Positions 1-12,951 of a stretch of 33,000 nt of DNA are shown piece after piece; position 1 is the stretch's first letter, and each line of letters starts with the position of its first letter. The notes below the pieces were generated by a model. It was not told the DNA's origin and searched no databases. It saw only the letters and a program-made list of their open reading frames with translations. Source of the stretch: Glycera tridactyla (Eukaryota); contig OZ286474.1 in NCBI GenBank assembly GCA_965644265.1, positions 38,967,001 through 39,000,000 of the forward strand, written 5' to 3'. The position numbers and the translations under genes are program-made.

Positions 1-15
1 ATTAACATATCAAAC

Positions 16-130
16 CTAGCAACGGCATATCCACTCCAGCCTGACAGCAAGGCTTTCTTTTTAGGCAAAGTGCAGCTTTTGAAACATGAGAAAGCATTTG
101 GTTAGTAGAATACTCAACCAATGTGTTCAA
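16..130 (-). pseudogene. Exon remnant ending ...DMPLL|GT, paralog of 14849-14968
   Basis: gat atg ccg ttg cta g|gtttga here vs gat atg cca ttg tta g|gtacac at 14849. ALLSGWS vs ALRSGWS, with synonymous differences. This copy has a roughly 26-nt deletion. Confidence 0.65.
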
Positions 131-443
131 TTATGACCTGTCAACTTTAATCAACTTTACAATTATGGGTGCCCTATGCAGTACAATGCCATCACACAAT
201 CAAGAAAGCCCAGTTGCAGCCCTACTAGCCATGTAATATGAAGGTTTTTCTCAAATAAAAACCTCTGCAGATTCATTACTGGACGACCAGATTCTGGGAT
301 GATTTTTAAAATTTCTTCAGAGTTAGGATATAGTCAAGTGACTCGAAGTGTGATCGTGATGATGTCTACCTGTATATTTGATTCCCAGTGTACCAACCAT
401 ATCAATTTCGCATAGTTTTCATGATGAAGGCTGCAGAAATATG

Positions 444-570
444 TACAGTCGAACCTGCTCTAAAGACCACCTCTCTATAAAGACCACCTGAGCTGCGACC
501 GTGGTAGTATCTTCAACAGTAAATTACCTCTCTATAAAGACCACCTGCCCATAAAGACCGCTTTTTGATG
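444..570 (+). mobile_element. CAGT-family MITE fragment (Tc1/mariner-pogo-like, TA target)
   Basis: TA-CAGTCGAACCTG left end with repeated AAAGACCACC internal units; right end missing. Confidence 0.6.
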
Positions 571-882
571 CGACCGCACAAACATCAACCGATAACATCA
601 GCAGATTGACTGTCAAAATGCAATGAAATTGAGGTGTATGCCATTCAGAAGCAGGCATACTATCTGAAACCTGGCTGGATAATCAGCAGATATTCTGTTC
701 TATGCTAATCTCTATAATCAGAACCCAAAATGGACAGGAATTCATAAAATTCACAAAACCAAGATATAATTTGTATACCTCACATCATACCTTATATTGG
801 ATTTGACAGACATAGGTTCAAATGAAGACTTTCAAAAGTTTCACCTAGAAGAGTCATGGTGTACGGTCAAAGTTCATGCTTA

Positions 883-991
883 GTAGAGGTCAATTATAGA
901 GGAAAAATACTCTGATGGGGTGATGGAAAATCTCATGCTTGGGGCAGGTTTTTGCTTAGTACAGGTCTTTCCCAGGACAAGTTTGACTGTA
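883..991 (-). mobile_element. CAGT-family MITE fragment
   Basis: Ends in ...GTTTGACTG-TA, the reverse complement of TACAGTCAAAC. Confidence 0.5.
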
Positions 992-1993
992 TTACAACAA
1001 TACAACATCATATTATGTCTCACCCATCAACAAACATGCTGTCTACTTGGAGGTACAAGCAGCAATACAACATTTTCTATATCACTCACCAGCAAATATG
1101 GCATCTAATAATCTATGGATTGAGAGCCTTGGGAGTCATTTACTCTCTGTGGCCAAATGGGTTTTTCTCTACCAATAATTCAATGAAGCAAGCTAGGTTA
1201 AGGATGAAGGATATATCCCTGCTGTTGACCCTTCCATCCCCATATTCTATATCCCTCATCGATGATGGAATGGCTTATTCACATCAATTTCATCCAAAAA
1301 AAATCTGTGAATCTTTCTAAAAAATGACATGATAATGACGATGAGAATTAAAATTATCCGGATCATTGTTTGGACATTGGGAGATTGAATAATTGATATC
1401 AGTAGCACGAAAAAGCTGAGAGAGGAGGAGATGAAATACTAGATGGTGGTGAAAGAGTTAATCCACTAATCCATCTCTAAATCCCTCTACAGCCTTGCTC
1501 TATAAGACTCATAATGTGCCAGAGAATGGTGGGGGTCAGTTTTGCCGTTAAATCATCACTCATAACGTCAGCTATGATTACCTCACCCAGGCACCAAACT
1601 CCCCTCCGTCAACTCTCTTCTAGTCTCTCTCAAACCACAGGCTACTTCCAGTTTTTTCAAGTCACAGATTATGACTCTATGACCCTCAATGGTCATGGTC
1701 ATGTCTGGACCCACTTCCAATGTGATTTTAGTTGAATGATCAAAACCTTGCTAATATTTTACTTTTTAAAGAAAATGCAGATTTGTGTGCGAGTTTCTGC
1801 CCCAAATCTGCCATTTGGAAAAAAAATACAGCATATGAACCCTGAACTTTGTGGAGGTCAGTTATTATTGTAACGTCATCAGGCCGTGATGGACAATTGT
1901 CAGGCTCTGTTTTTCTGCATAATGTGCATTTATATCTTATTATACAATCACTTCTCATTTGTTCATCAGTGATGTTCATCGGTCGCAACTTAC

Positions 1994-2100
1994 ATGAATT
2001 TGACTGTAGGTGCACTGCAGTGAGGGCGTGGTCTCACACAAGGCAACCACTGTCGAAAAAGTGGTTGTGGCAGTGGCAGATGTGATGACAGTGGTGGTTT
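1994..2100 (-). pseudogene. Candidate Thr-rich (mucin-like linker) exon ETTTVITSATATTTFSTVVALCETTPSLQCTYSQIH
   Basis: Open frame between a ctcatag acceptor and a strong cat|gtaagt donor. No paralog recognised in copy 2. Confidence 0.35.
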
Positions 2101-3008
2101 CTATGAGTTGTATTACTTCTGTCAGTTTTTATTTGGCATTTCTCACTTTCATCTCATTAATGTGTTTAACATGGGATACAGCTTGTTACTTTTATAACAA
2201 TATTCCATCTACTTATGCGCATAACTCTCTTGTTGAATCAAGAAGACCGATCCATTTAACACCACCAACATCTAATAGATGACTATCCAGATAATTTGAT
2301 AGGGCAATAAAACATATCACATCGGTCTCATTTATCAATAACCACTTTAGCACCTTTTGCAACATGGATCATTTTCAACATATTGGATCAGATTTCACAA
2401 GTTGACTGAACTATGGACAGGATGGCGAATGAATTGTGAGCCCTAAATGTGGTTGAATGTAGTGAGTAGCCCTACCTTGGTTGCAACAAAAAGTGGTCAC
2501 TGTAGAGAGGTGGTCTCTGCAGCGACGTTGTTCACTGTAGAGAATACTATCACTGGCTCAGCTCAGGGTGATCTCTGTAGTCAGGTGGCCTACATATAGG
2601 TGATTTATCGAGCAGCTACTTTAGTCATTACTGTCGAATTGTAATGGCGGATCTCCGTTCAGTGAAATGACCTGATCAGTGAAATATCCCGTGGCCCTCT
2701 TCCTAAGTGGCCATTGTTGAGTGGGAACCAATGCTGCTGGGGTCCATTTTCTCCTTAGTGATTAATTACATTATCCGGATGCGGTAAATGTTCTCATGTT
2801 CACATGGGAAATTATGCTCAACAGTGCCTGACCACCGGTGTGAAATGAACGAATCCTGTGGCCATGATGAGGTGAAGCCGTGAGCAGGCCTGTGAGCAGC
2901 CCCCACAGCACACTTCATTACCTTACATAATGGTCTATATGCAACTTCCAACAACCTGCAAACACTGATAAACCACTCTTTATGTGATGAAAACATTTTT
3001 CGACTTAC

Positions 3009-3410
3009 TTTGGAATGATCTTTTGGAACAATCTTTTTGAGATGTTCACAACATTTTTACCACCCTAGTAGCAGTGTCCTGCAAATTTCTATAGTGCCCT
3101 TTCTGTTTCATCCACATTATTCAAGATGGTAGCATCAGGTGAATTTTCCCAATAATCATGATTCACCAACATCTTCTTTTAGCTTTTGCAAACAGGTATG
3201 ACTCTTCCAAGAGGATAAACCTGCATACCAGGATCTTAACTGGATTGAAACTTTTATTTAGACAAGTTGAAATGGTGATACAATACACAATTACCAGCAC
3301 TCACTTTCCTGGGCTTCTCTAGTGTAAACAAGAGTTGAACTGGAGGACATATTCATCTCCAGGATCGAATTTTGGTTTGTCAGTCAGTCTTTAGCTCAAT
3401 AAGATACATT
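3009..3410 (-). pseudogene. Decayed exon remnant, paralog of 17950-18217
   Basis: Shared tttcag acceptor (exon starts at 3410 and 18217). EDVGES* (gaa gat gtt ggt gaa tca tga) aligns with EGIGVSW (gaa ggg att gga gtc tca tgg). An aa|gtaagt donor lies near 3009. Confidence 0.55.
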
Positions 3411-3848
3411 CTGAAACGATGAGCAGGAATATTCACATCTGGAAATAATCTATTTGTTACTGGCTTCAAGAAATGTCACGAAACTCCCACCAAGTAGATG
3501 AGTTATCCTTCAAAAGCTATGAATTCCAAGCCTAGCCGACTCAAAGGTTCCACCTCATTATTATCAGGACAGAAAGTTTACATTTCCCATTCATAAAACT
3601 CACAACACAGCAGGTACAGTTTACCCATTTCATGACGGTTACACCCATTCAACCCTGGTTATGACCTTCAAAAATGGCGTCATTGAGCAAAAAGTCAATC
3701 GCTTACCAAAACATTTCTCTCCCCAGGTGTCGAACATGATAACTCGTTTCTCTCTGTGCCTGCCAGACCACATGCTGATTATTTCACACATTCTGGGAAT
3801 ATGATGTGGACTGATCCTGCTGCCCTGTGTAAAGTGGGGATATAGTAC

Positions 3849-4240
3849 CGATGAACCTATCATACTATCACCTTCATTTGATAAACCTATCATACTAACA
3901 CCTTCATTTGATTGACCTATTATACTATCACTTTCATCTAATAGCCCTATTACACTATCACCTTCATTTGATATATCTATCATACTATCATCTTTATTTG
4001 ATAACCTATTACGCTATCATCTTTATTTGATAAATCTATCATACTATCATCTTTATTTGATAGACCTATCATACTATCATCTTTATTTGATAAACCTATT
4101 ATACTATCACCCTCATTTGATAAACCTATTATACTATCATCTTATTTTGATAAACCTATTATACCATCATTTTCATTTGATGAACCTACTATACTATCAT
4201 CTTCATTTGATAAACCTATTATATTATCACCTTCATTTGC
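3849..4240. repeat. 30-bp minisatellite, about 13 copies (consensus GATAAACCTATCATACTATCACCTTCATTT)
   Basis: Directly visible 30-bp period; it generates the repetitive ORFs 3639-3983(-) and 4027-4254(+). Confidence 0.95.
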
Positions 4241-5291
4241 TCCATGGTGATTGATTGATCGATTGATTGATTGATAGATGTTTATTTAATTTTATCCACC
4301 CTGTCATGGCACTCAATAGAGGTCCATGATCTCCCCAGGGCAGATAAATGAAATATACAGCGGGAGATGCCTGAAAAAGAAAGATTGTCGGAACGTTCCT
4401 GTCATCCGGGTACCATTTTATTGTTCATTTTCGTACTATAGGGATTGATATTTGTTTCAAGGTAATTGATGGCCATGTCATAAACTTGCAGATCATGTCA
4501 GTGCCAGGGTTGGTTGCAACAGATTCTCATTTGTTTGTTTGAGGTTTAATGGCATGTATCAACCCAGGAGATAATATGTATGCCATGCATGTGTTGATGT
4601 CAATGAATGTGGCCTCATGGAAAGCACACTCTCGGCTGATATTCAGCATGGAAACAAGTTATTATATTTCAACTTTGCTTAACAACCTCTAGTAAAGATT
4701 GTTGGGTGAAGAATAATAGAGAAAGCCAGGGAAAATAATACAAGAAGATCCATAATATGATGCGTTACATCGGCAAATTTGTAACAGGTGCTAAAATAAC
4801 AAGTCTTGAGAAGCTTAGGTACACCCTATCCAGAAAAATGAAAGTTCAGAGTTCAGTTTGAAAACAAATGTCATCTGGTTCAGATGAAAGATGACGGCAC
4901 AATACTGATGTACTTGGTAACACCAAAGTCAAAATCCTCCTCTCTCACTGATTGTCCTGATGGCCAAATTCATTTTTTCTAATTTTTTTTGCATTCACTA
5001 CTCACAAATTTTGAGCTACAAAGAAAATCCAGGTATTGGGATGCCTTTAGACAATCTGAACAATGACAGAAATGTACAGAAAATTGATTGGTATTGAGGT
5101 TTGGTTTAATCATTTATCAATTTGACAATTCATTATACAGGAATGACACAAACAAGTTGTAATATCCTGATGTCATGCGACATCTTATGTCACACCAACC
5201 CAGCACAAGAACGATATCATAACATGATATACAGCTTGACAGAAAGACACATTCTTACACAGCAAACATTGCCAAGTACAAATTCAGTTGA

Positions 5292-5471
5292 TACAGTAAA
5301 ACCTGTCATGGGAGACCGCCCTAAACGCCAACCAAAAATGGTCTCTCAAGACAGGTGGTCTCTCATCAGAGGTATATATGTATTTGACTATGTCAAATGA
5401 AGATGAAGAGCGGTCTCCAATTAGAGGGTGATCTCCCAAAATAGGGGTCTCCCAAGACACGTTGGACTGTA
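5292..5471. mobile_element. CAGT-family MITE
   Basis: TA-CAGTAAAACCTGTC ... GACACGTTGGACTG-TA imperfect TIRs with internal GGTCTC/GACC repeats. Confidence 0.75.
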
Positions 5472-5897
5472 TTTTGTAAGAATAAATATTAGGTGTTTCC
5501 AAATATTTGCCAATCTTTGGAAATCCCAAGCTCCGTTTAGGCTCAGCATGGAGCCTGATCAGACATCAGGCGGTTCATATACTTTCACCATTCATCAAGA
5601 TAGGAGAATCAGGCATTAACTCACTGACTATTTCACCAGAGGCACTTAAATGTGCAGTAGGTTTACCAAGTAGCAAAGACTTTCTCGAGACAACAATAGC
5701 AATCGCTCCACATTAGTGGATAATGCCCCCGTAAAAGATATCTTGATCACTCCTATTACACAAAACCAGGCACCTATCAAACCCTATAAAGGCAGTATTT
5801 CTCAAGAAAGCTCATTGAGAATATTCATATCATCATTCAATTGTCTCGAATTTTGAAATGACACAAAACTGTCCAGGGGAATCACAACTGACCAAAA

Positions 5898-6068
5898 TAC
5901 AGTGCAACCTGCGATAAGACCCCTCGACACCACCTCCCACATTGACCACTTTTTCAGTGCAGCTTTTGTTTTTGTCATAGTGAAATGTACCTCTGACAAG
6001 ACCACCTCATTTGAGGAACCACCTTTTGATGACATTTAGGGTGGTCTCTGGTCGCGGGTTTCACTGTA
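5898..6068. mobile_element. CAGT-family MITE
   Basis: TA-CAGTGCAACCTGCGA ... TCGCGGGTTTCACTG-TA TIRs. Confidence 0.8.
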
Positions 6069-6849
6069 TGATTGTATGATTATTTCTGTGTGATCACCAG
6101 TTTAGCTAGCGGCAGCATTGACGAAAATATAGCCAAGTGAGCTTAAGGAGGTTAAACAATGCTCTTTCTTATCAAAGGTTTCCAGCAAATAACATGCAAC
6201 ACAAATCTATCAGTATTTCAGAAATTCACAAGAATCGTTCTCTACGTCGGATGGTTTGCCATCAATACTATGTAATCTACCATACCATTTGTTTCAGTCC
6301 CCCAGGTAACAGGTAAATCTGAGATTACAGATTACGTAGAAACTGCCAGTTGCTAGTAGCTCGACCACACACACAAAAGTTGATGGGCAGGAATCAAACT
6401 ATATTTCAGATACAAGCCTGCTGTTACCATCGTCCCATACCCTCCTCTGTCTTCACTGGATAACTCATCTTTTCCTAGGTATACATCCTTAAATTACTCC
6501 ATGCATCATCGATATCATGTGACAGATGATGGGGGGGGGGGGGGGGGGAATGAATCAAATTTTGGATACAGAGGGATGGAATTATTCTAAATCGTAACCC
6601 AGACAGAATATTGGAATACACAGATTTCTTTTGTTGTTTGAAAGTTTGAGAATTAATGAATGTGATTTGTGTATGTTTTAGGTGAGGTCATCAGAACAAC
6701 AAGAAAATCACTGCTGTCTGTTTATCAATGATGATATGGTATGTTTTTGTATGAATTCTTGACTTACAGTGGTACACATCAATGGAGGGATACTTTATAA
6801 ATGTTTCATCAAACCATGCTGATGATATAGAATTCAAAAATGATATTAC

Positions 6850-7338
6850 ATGTGGCTGGTTGTCTCTGGGTCTGGAGCAATGCAATATGAATGAAGCAAT
6901 ACCCTGATTTCTGCTCTGCTGGTGGGCAAACTACTATAGTGAAATGGGAATCTGATCATACTGTCAAATCTGCTCCAAGCATACATCATAGAAGCCAACC
7001 TCTGATGGACAAAGATAGTAGCAGTGCCAATTTTAAAGAGTAGCGGTGCCAGTATTTGCAATGGAATAATGAGAAAAAGTCAGAGTAGCATCACTCGTAA
7101 GATGCAAGAATTTTGGCCTAGAAAGAGCAGTTGCTACTCCAAAATCATAGCAGTTGGCATCTCTGATACATTGCCACAAGCAAGAATCGTTTTTGAGCAA
7201 CTATGCCGTATTCATCCCACCAGAGTATCTTCACTTTGATTCACCTGTTTCAAGCATGCATCTGTTCCAGGCATGCACTCACGCCTCTTTCCTTGGCCAC
7301 ATGCCTAGAACAGGTTTGATTGTATTCGTGACTAATAT
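6850..7338 (-). pseudogene. Decayed exon remnant B, paralog of 21008-21682
   Basis: CGQGKRRECMLETGESK* vs CGQGEMQKCMLSTGESK*, after removing a 17-nt internal duplication. WHRYS...IRGWLL vs FGRYR...VRGWPL. Both end in gccacat(g)|gt and both start after a tag acceptor. Confidence 0.7.
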
Positions 7339-7414
7339 CTAGAGCAAAACAGCCAAATTGCCCTGCGCATGTGCCCCTCAAAATCACAGGCCTGGCCCTT
7401 GTTGATGGTTCTCA

Positions 7415-7770
7415 CTTGCTTCTTTCATCTTGTCTTTACAGGAAAAGTAGGGTTTTCTTGGAGTGAATGAACTATCTGTGTGCACCCATGAGTGGGTCTT
7501 CCAAAAGATGGGTTCTGGCATCCCATTATGTTACCAGCTGCAGTGGATTTCATTTTCAAGGCACGCACGCCAAGTAATTCACCAATAAGCTCTTCTTATC
7601 GCGAGGCGGTGAAGTGAAAATGCAACTAAATTACATGGTGAATTAGTTTTTCGATCACCTATCTGTGCTACATGCCAATCAGTGGTTGCTCGACATAAAC
7701 TTCCCATATCTTGATTCGCCTATTATCTTTGAGTACACCTCTCACAATAAATTCGGCCTTATCTAAATTT
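7415..7770 (-). pseudogene. Decayed exon remnant upstream of B, paralog of 21957-22350
   Basis: ctctttcag acceptor and caa|gtgag donor. Frame KSANLDKAEFIVRGVLKDNRRIKIWEVYVEQPLIGM*... has 5 stops. It shares caagatgaa and the THG/AHG motif with the 21957-22060 region. Confidence 0.5.
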
Positions 7771-7854
7771 GCTGATTTTCTGAAAGAGGTGTCTTCGTCA
7801 GTTCACTGCTAACCGATCTCACATGTTCAGAGCTCGACATGAGGGACATATGCA

Positions 7855-7932
7855 CGCACAAACACACGGACACACACACAAACACACACACCACCACCAC
7901 CACATCACCACTACCACATCACCACCACCAAC
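7855..7932. repeat. (CA)n/(CAC)n compound microsatellite
   Basis: Visible repeat; explains the Thr/His-rich ORF 7839-8027. Confidence 0.9.
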
Positions 7933-8018
7933 ACCACAATCACCATCACCACCTGAATGGTCAAACCTACTCTGATACCTTTCCCAAGAATATGCAGAAA
8001 ATTGTGTTTGGGCATGAT

Positions 8019-8233
8019 CAGTGTTAGCTCTGAGTTATGGATGAAGAGAGACATTTGTCTCGCCGCTATTCAAAATATGAGGCAATTTATACGAATATGA
8101 AACAAATGTTATAAGTGTTTGCACTGGGATGGGATTGAAGTGAAGAATTTGTCCCACCACTCTTCAAAATGTGAGACATTACACTTAGATGTGAGACAAA
8201 TGTCTCACAATCCCCACCTGATACCCAACACTG
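8019..8233. mobile_element. hAT-type MITE (215 bp)
   Basis: CAGTGTT...AACACTG termini with a perfect 8-bp target-site duplication GGCATGAT (8011-8018 and 8234-8241); internal GAGACA/TGTCTC repeats. Confidence 0.85.
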
Positions 8234-8266
8234 GGCATGATATCTCTGATTCTTGATAGAATTTTC

Positions 8267-8580
8267 TCAGGGTGGCTGATAGGTTGGTTGGTTGGTTGGT
8301 GGGAGTTCAACTGCACATTTCAGGAACAATCTATACACATCATATGATAAGATACCATTCTGTCGAAGAATTGAGAAAGAGCTTAGAGTAGCTGAACAGG
8401 CAGAGGAAAGTAGGAAGTTATGATATATCTTGCCACTAAAAGCTTCAGATTCAAAACAATATCCGACAATGAATGACACGGCACCACAGGAAATCCCGAG
8501 CACAGAATATGAGCATTAAGGGTAGGTGAATGTACGAGTTGTTCGAGGGCAATCTGGCTAGTATGCACATTCATCTATGT
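8267..8580 (-). pseudogene. Exon remnant starting with an EGF-Ca-like DIDEC motif followed by a possible CUB start
   Basis: gacag|ac ata gat gaa tgt is a phase-1 acceptor directly before DIDECA, the usual layout of calcium-binding EGF exons. The same frame continues with stops into SCGAVSFIVGYCFESEAFSGKIYHNF. The later EGF cysteines are not intact. Confidence 0.35.
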
Positions 8581-8738
8581 CTGTCAGCATTATAGCCAGA
8601 GTAATCTGCAAAATGAGCTGGTAATCGCTGACAAATGTGCAATCATCATGCAATCAATGTGTACTCCACATCTTGCAAGATGAGGGCTTGCACTAACTCC
8701 TCCACCGTACACAAACATCATAAACAAGAGATCATGTC

Positions 8739-8860
8739 TACAGTGAAACCTGCCATGAGAGGGACCCCCTGACAAGAGACCACCTCCGAGACAGCTTTTT
8801 TCAGGGCAGCTTTTCTATTTGATATAATCAAATTTACATCAGACGACAGGTTTCACTGTA
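8739..8860. mobile_element. CAGT-family MITE (internally deleted)
   Basis: TA-CAGTGAAACCTG ... CAGGTTTCACTG-TA perfect 12-bp TIR. Confidence 0.85.
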
Positions 8861-9006
8861 CCACCATGTCATATTGACTTTCATGCCACTTGAGAAATAT
8901 GGATTTCTTTATTGATCAGTCCCGTGTTTGACGCCAGAACAAAACTGAATTCTGAGGAATTTTCAATGAAAGAAACCAAATCCCTGATCTTTGCTTCAGC
9001 ACAAAT

Positions 9007-9146
9007 NNNNNNNNNNNNNNNNNNNNNNNNNNNNNNNNNNNNNNNNNNNNNNNNNNNNNNNNNNNNNNNNNNNNNNNNNNNNNNNNNNNNNNNNNNNNNN
9101 NNNNNNNNNNNNNNNNNNNNNNNNNNNNNNNNNNNNNNNNNNNNNN
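9007..9146. other. Assembly gap (140 N)
   Basis: Run of N. Confidence 1.
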
Positions 9147-10334
9147 CTCAGGAATGAAACCAACATGAAATTGAGATACTCGGCATGCTTAGGTGAAATG
9201 TACAGACATCCTCTTGTCCCCATCTCTAGTCACCAGTGATATCAACAAAGTCTGTCAGTGAGTCTGATTTCAACCTGATGCGAATTTGCGATGGTAAGAC
9301 GAAAAACATACCCACAGACTTTAGTATGTGCTATCATAAAGAAAGTACAGAACTGGCACAGCCCAATTGGGAGCCTTGCCTGGACTAATCTCCCATTAGC
9401 TTGGGTAGTTAACCGCCTTGCTCACATGTAACACATCAGCCTGCTCATTACCCACCCAGATGCTAATCACAAGTGTTACACTCACTAACCTATACTTTCA
9501 CACCTCCATCCTAGACTACTACCAGTCAGTCCAGTTACCCAATAGGAATGTGAACTCTTCACACCTGTCGATCACTGACCCAGATCGTAGAAGACTAGTA
9601 AGGATCTACTTTTACTTCAAGCATAGAAATGGACAGTTTCTTCCAGGATAACCATGCACCAGTGTACCACTCATTGGGGATAACTATGTACCAGACAAGT
9701 AAGACAACTTTGCACCACTCATTCAAGACAACTATACACCACTCATGTCCACATCTTCATCAAAATCAACCATGCACCTGTCGGTTATATAACTGCAAGG
9801 GTAAACTCTGAGTGGTAAACTCACCAACATGAATGTTCGCATGTTTATCTCAGAACATCTCTAAAAATACAATGTTTCGTGTGGATACTCTCGGTAGTCA
9901 CAACCAAAATGTTCCTGTACCTGTGGCACATTTCAGCAAAAGTTGTCAGCCATCATTTTTGGCTTTAACTGTCAACAGGTTCACCAGAATAGGAGTGTCA
10001 ATAGTTCATTTCTGTGATGAACAGGCTCCTCTCTATGCACAAATCTGACCCGATTCTTTGTTTGTTCAGTTTGGGTTCAACAGTATGTATCAACCCAAAA
10101 ATCTGACCTGAATATGACTGCTATCAATCAACCAAGAGATGTGAACATCATGAAGGATGCTGAAGGTATTATGCTAGGAATTCTCAGCATCAGGAAGCAA
10201 TAGCTCACCCCATGAAAGAATGCTTAGCCTCAGAATGTAACCAGGGCCTGGAAATTTACAAATTCATCCTCTGATTTGAACTGATGACTGTGAAAAGCAG
10301 TTTCTTTTACTGATTGATAGAACAATCATTTGTC

Positions 10335-10337
10335 TGG

Positions 10338-10374
<37 letters not shown>

Positions 10375-10479
10375 GTACAACGACATGTATCTTTCCGAAA
10401 AATATGTAAGCAAAAAGAGCCTAACTTATGAAAGCTGCATCCATGATTACACGTTGCTTATGATAAATAATTGATCGAT

Positions 10480-10517
<38 letters not shown>
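10335..10517. repeat. Two (GATT)n microsatellites; also at 4247-4272, 12523-12540 and 21687-21706
   Basis: Tetranucleotide runs visible in the sequence. Confidence 0.9.
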
Positions 10518-10519
<2 letters not shown>

Positions 10520-11440
10520 GTTAATGACATTCATCAACACAAAAGTTCATGCATGCCCTGTGTTCCTGATCTATGAAAGTTACATGCTCAATCATTGCTA
10601 TAATTTACTCACTCAGTAACTCACCCACTTACTCGCCTGCTTACATGCTCATTCAGACTCACCAAATCCTGGATCGAGAACAGATATTCAGCCAACGAAC
10701 ATGGTGAAGAATATGAAGACCGTCCCTAATGGCATTTGGAAATGTCTTTGCAGACAGATTATTTCTGTAGAGAGGTTATTTACTCATAAGAAATACTCCT
10801 GTGATCATTACTCAGGTTGGTCTGTGTAGGCAACTGGTCTTATAATGGAGGTGGTTTCTTGAGCTGATTTGGCTACATTGAAACATCAAGCCCCATGACG
10901 TGCACGGTCAATTGTACTTTCACTCAGGTCCAAAAATGGCTTGCACAAGAATTCATATTGTGCAAGGGTACATTCTATTTTTCCATACAGCTGAAAAACT
11001 CATAGGCTAAAATTTCAGCATTAATCTTCATATTCGAGCCACTTCCAGCTCATTCCATGCTTTTGGTTGAAGGATCACTGAAAATCCCAGAAATTATTGA
11101 AAACAGCCAGAAATTATGGTTCTCAGGTCACTTCACCGCCCACTGATAGATAAAAACGAGTTCAGTGAATGGGGATGACACTAAGTAATGGTGACGTTTT
11201 TTATCAGCGGCTGGGACATGTCCTGCTAAATAGCAGTTCTCACAAGCTTGAGTCAGGTACACAGCCACAGGCCATCCATCTGTATTTTCCCTCTTGAGGG
11301 TAATTCAAAGACACGGTGACTCCACCTTAGTTGGCCTCCATTAGATACATCACAGATGGTGCCATGCAACCACCATTAGGGCAGAGGCACAACCTTGGGA
11401 AAAGCATGCTTGCTTTCATCAAACATCCCAGTAATACACA

Positions 11441-11572
11441 TCAGCAATTGTTATAGAAATTATTTTGATCATCAACATCAAATTCATTATTGCCATCATC
11501 ATCTATGTTGTAGATGTCACTAGCACTTCTGGCATAACCTTCTCTCAATGCTTTGTCTAAATGAAGATTGGT
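11441..11572 (-). pseudogene. Acidic coding-like remnant TNLHLDKALREGYARSASDIYNIDDDGNNEFDVDDQNNFYNNC*
   Basis: 43 open codons after a ccatag acceptor, with a strong D/N/E codon bias. Function not recognisable. Confidence 0.4.
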
Positions 11573-12697
11573 CTATGGCCTATTGTCAAGAGAATAGTGA
11601 TTACAAACTCTGGGCTAGTTCATCTTGAACAATGAAAAAACTCACAAGTGACTCACAATTTCCAGTAATGGTATCATCCCAGGATTTGTGTTGGTATGAG
11701 CGTGCCAGCAATGAGCAAGCACAATAACTCACATTTATGGCAGGTCTTAAACATTTATGAGTGGTTTACACTCAATCTTAGGTAACTCCTTTTGTCACCA
11801 GAGGGCAACACATGATGTATGTGGTCGAGAATACAGCAAGAGAAAAGCGAGCAGCAAAATGATTGAGAAATGTTACCTTTGTGGTGCTCAGACCATCATT
11901 TTCAAAAGAAAAAAGGCCAAATAAATCCTCCTCAGCTAGTAACGAGTAAAAATTGTGCGCCTGTTAGGCACATCAGGTGAAAGTCGATGTCCCCGTCAGA
12001 GAATTTATGTGCCAAAATCACTTACATACCACACACAAGAATGACTTTTACCAGAAGAAAACTGTAGCAGACAATGATGTTTTTCACAATTCCTGATCGC
12101 TCTCAAAATGCCCAAAACACAGCTGGGAGTCAATAAATGGTACCACACGTGACTCTTCTTGTGTGTTTGATGATTTTTTTGAAGAAAATCCCAATATTTT
12201 CCCCATAACATGATGGAAATACTCGGCAGGTATAACCATACAAGAGTATCCCACCATCAGATCGTATGTCTCACAACCAAAAACTCTTCATACTCTCGCC
12301 TTAGATGAGACAGTGTCCGAAATGCATCCAACATGAAATGACCATTTCCTTCAAAAATGCTTGTTCATAAAGTAATGGTAATGAACACACACATCAATTT
12401 TATAATCTTAGATCACAGTCAGGGTTTGTGCAAGTGATGACTGCAGGGAACAGAACATCTAGCTTTCATTGACCAGGAACACACGGCATACATGATCCTT
12501 TTGGTTGATACATGCCTTTAAACATCAATCAATCAATCACGATCACAGAAGTGCATGGGAACTGCCAGTTCCCTCTTGCATCTCGGAGACTCATAGCGAC
12601 TTCACCGAAGAGTCCTCATTCATTTGAAGTGCATGAAATAAGCAGGATGCACCTGAAAATGCATAAGTGGTGTCTATCGTCATAGGTTCGGATGTAT

Positions 12698-12951
12698 CAG
12701 GGATGTGATTGGCTCAGAACCGAAAACACTGAAAACTTGACCGCGAGGTCTTATCCCAAGATTTTTTTCAATCTGGTGACTGAAGGCTACTAGAACTGCA
12801 TACAAACATTGTGCTCTATCTCCACTAATACTGGTCCGATTTTCATGATCTAAAAGCCAAAATAATCAGCGGAGAATACTCTTTGCTGTCATGAGCATGT
12901 TTCGCTGTATTGCTGAAATCCGTGAATCTGCGAAGAATCACTTCCCCGCTG
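12698..12951. mobile_element. Possible CAG-terminal MITE
   Basis: CAGGGATGTGATT vs AATCACTTCCCCGCTG ends (needs a 3-nt indel), TAT on both flanks, CpG-richer than the surroundings. Confidence 0.35.

Noticed and set aside
3009-7770. Alternative genetic code (TAA/TAG = Gln) suggested by frames with mostly TAR stops
   Set aside because: Other homologous frames contain TGA and frameshifts, one TGA aligns with TGG in the paralog, and stop density is near random. Ordinary pseudogene decay is sufficient.
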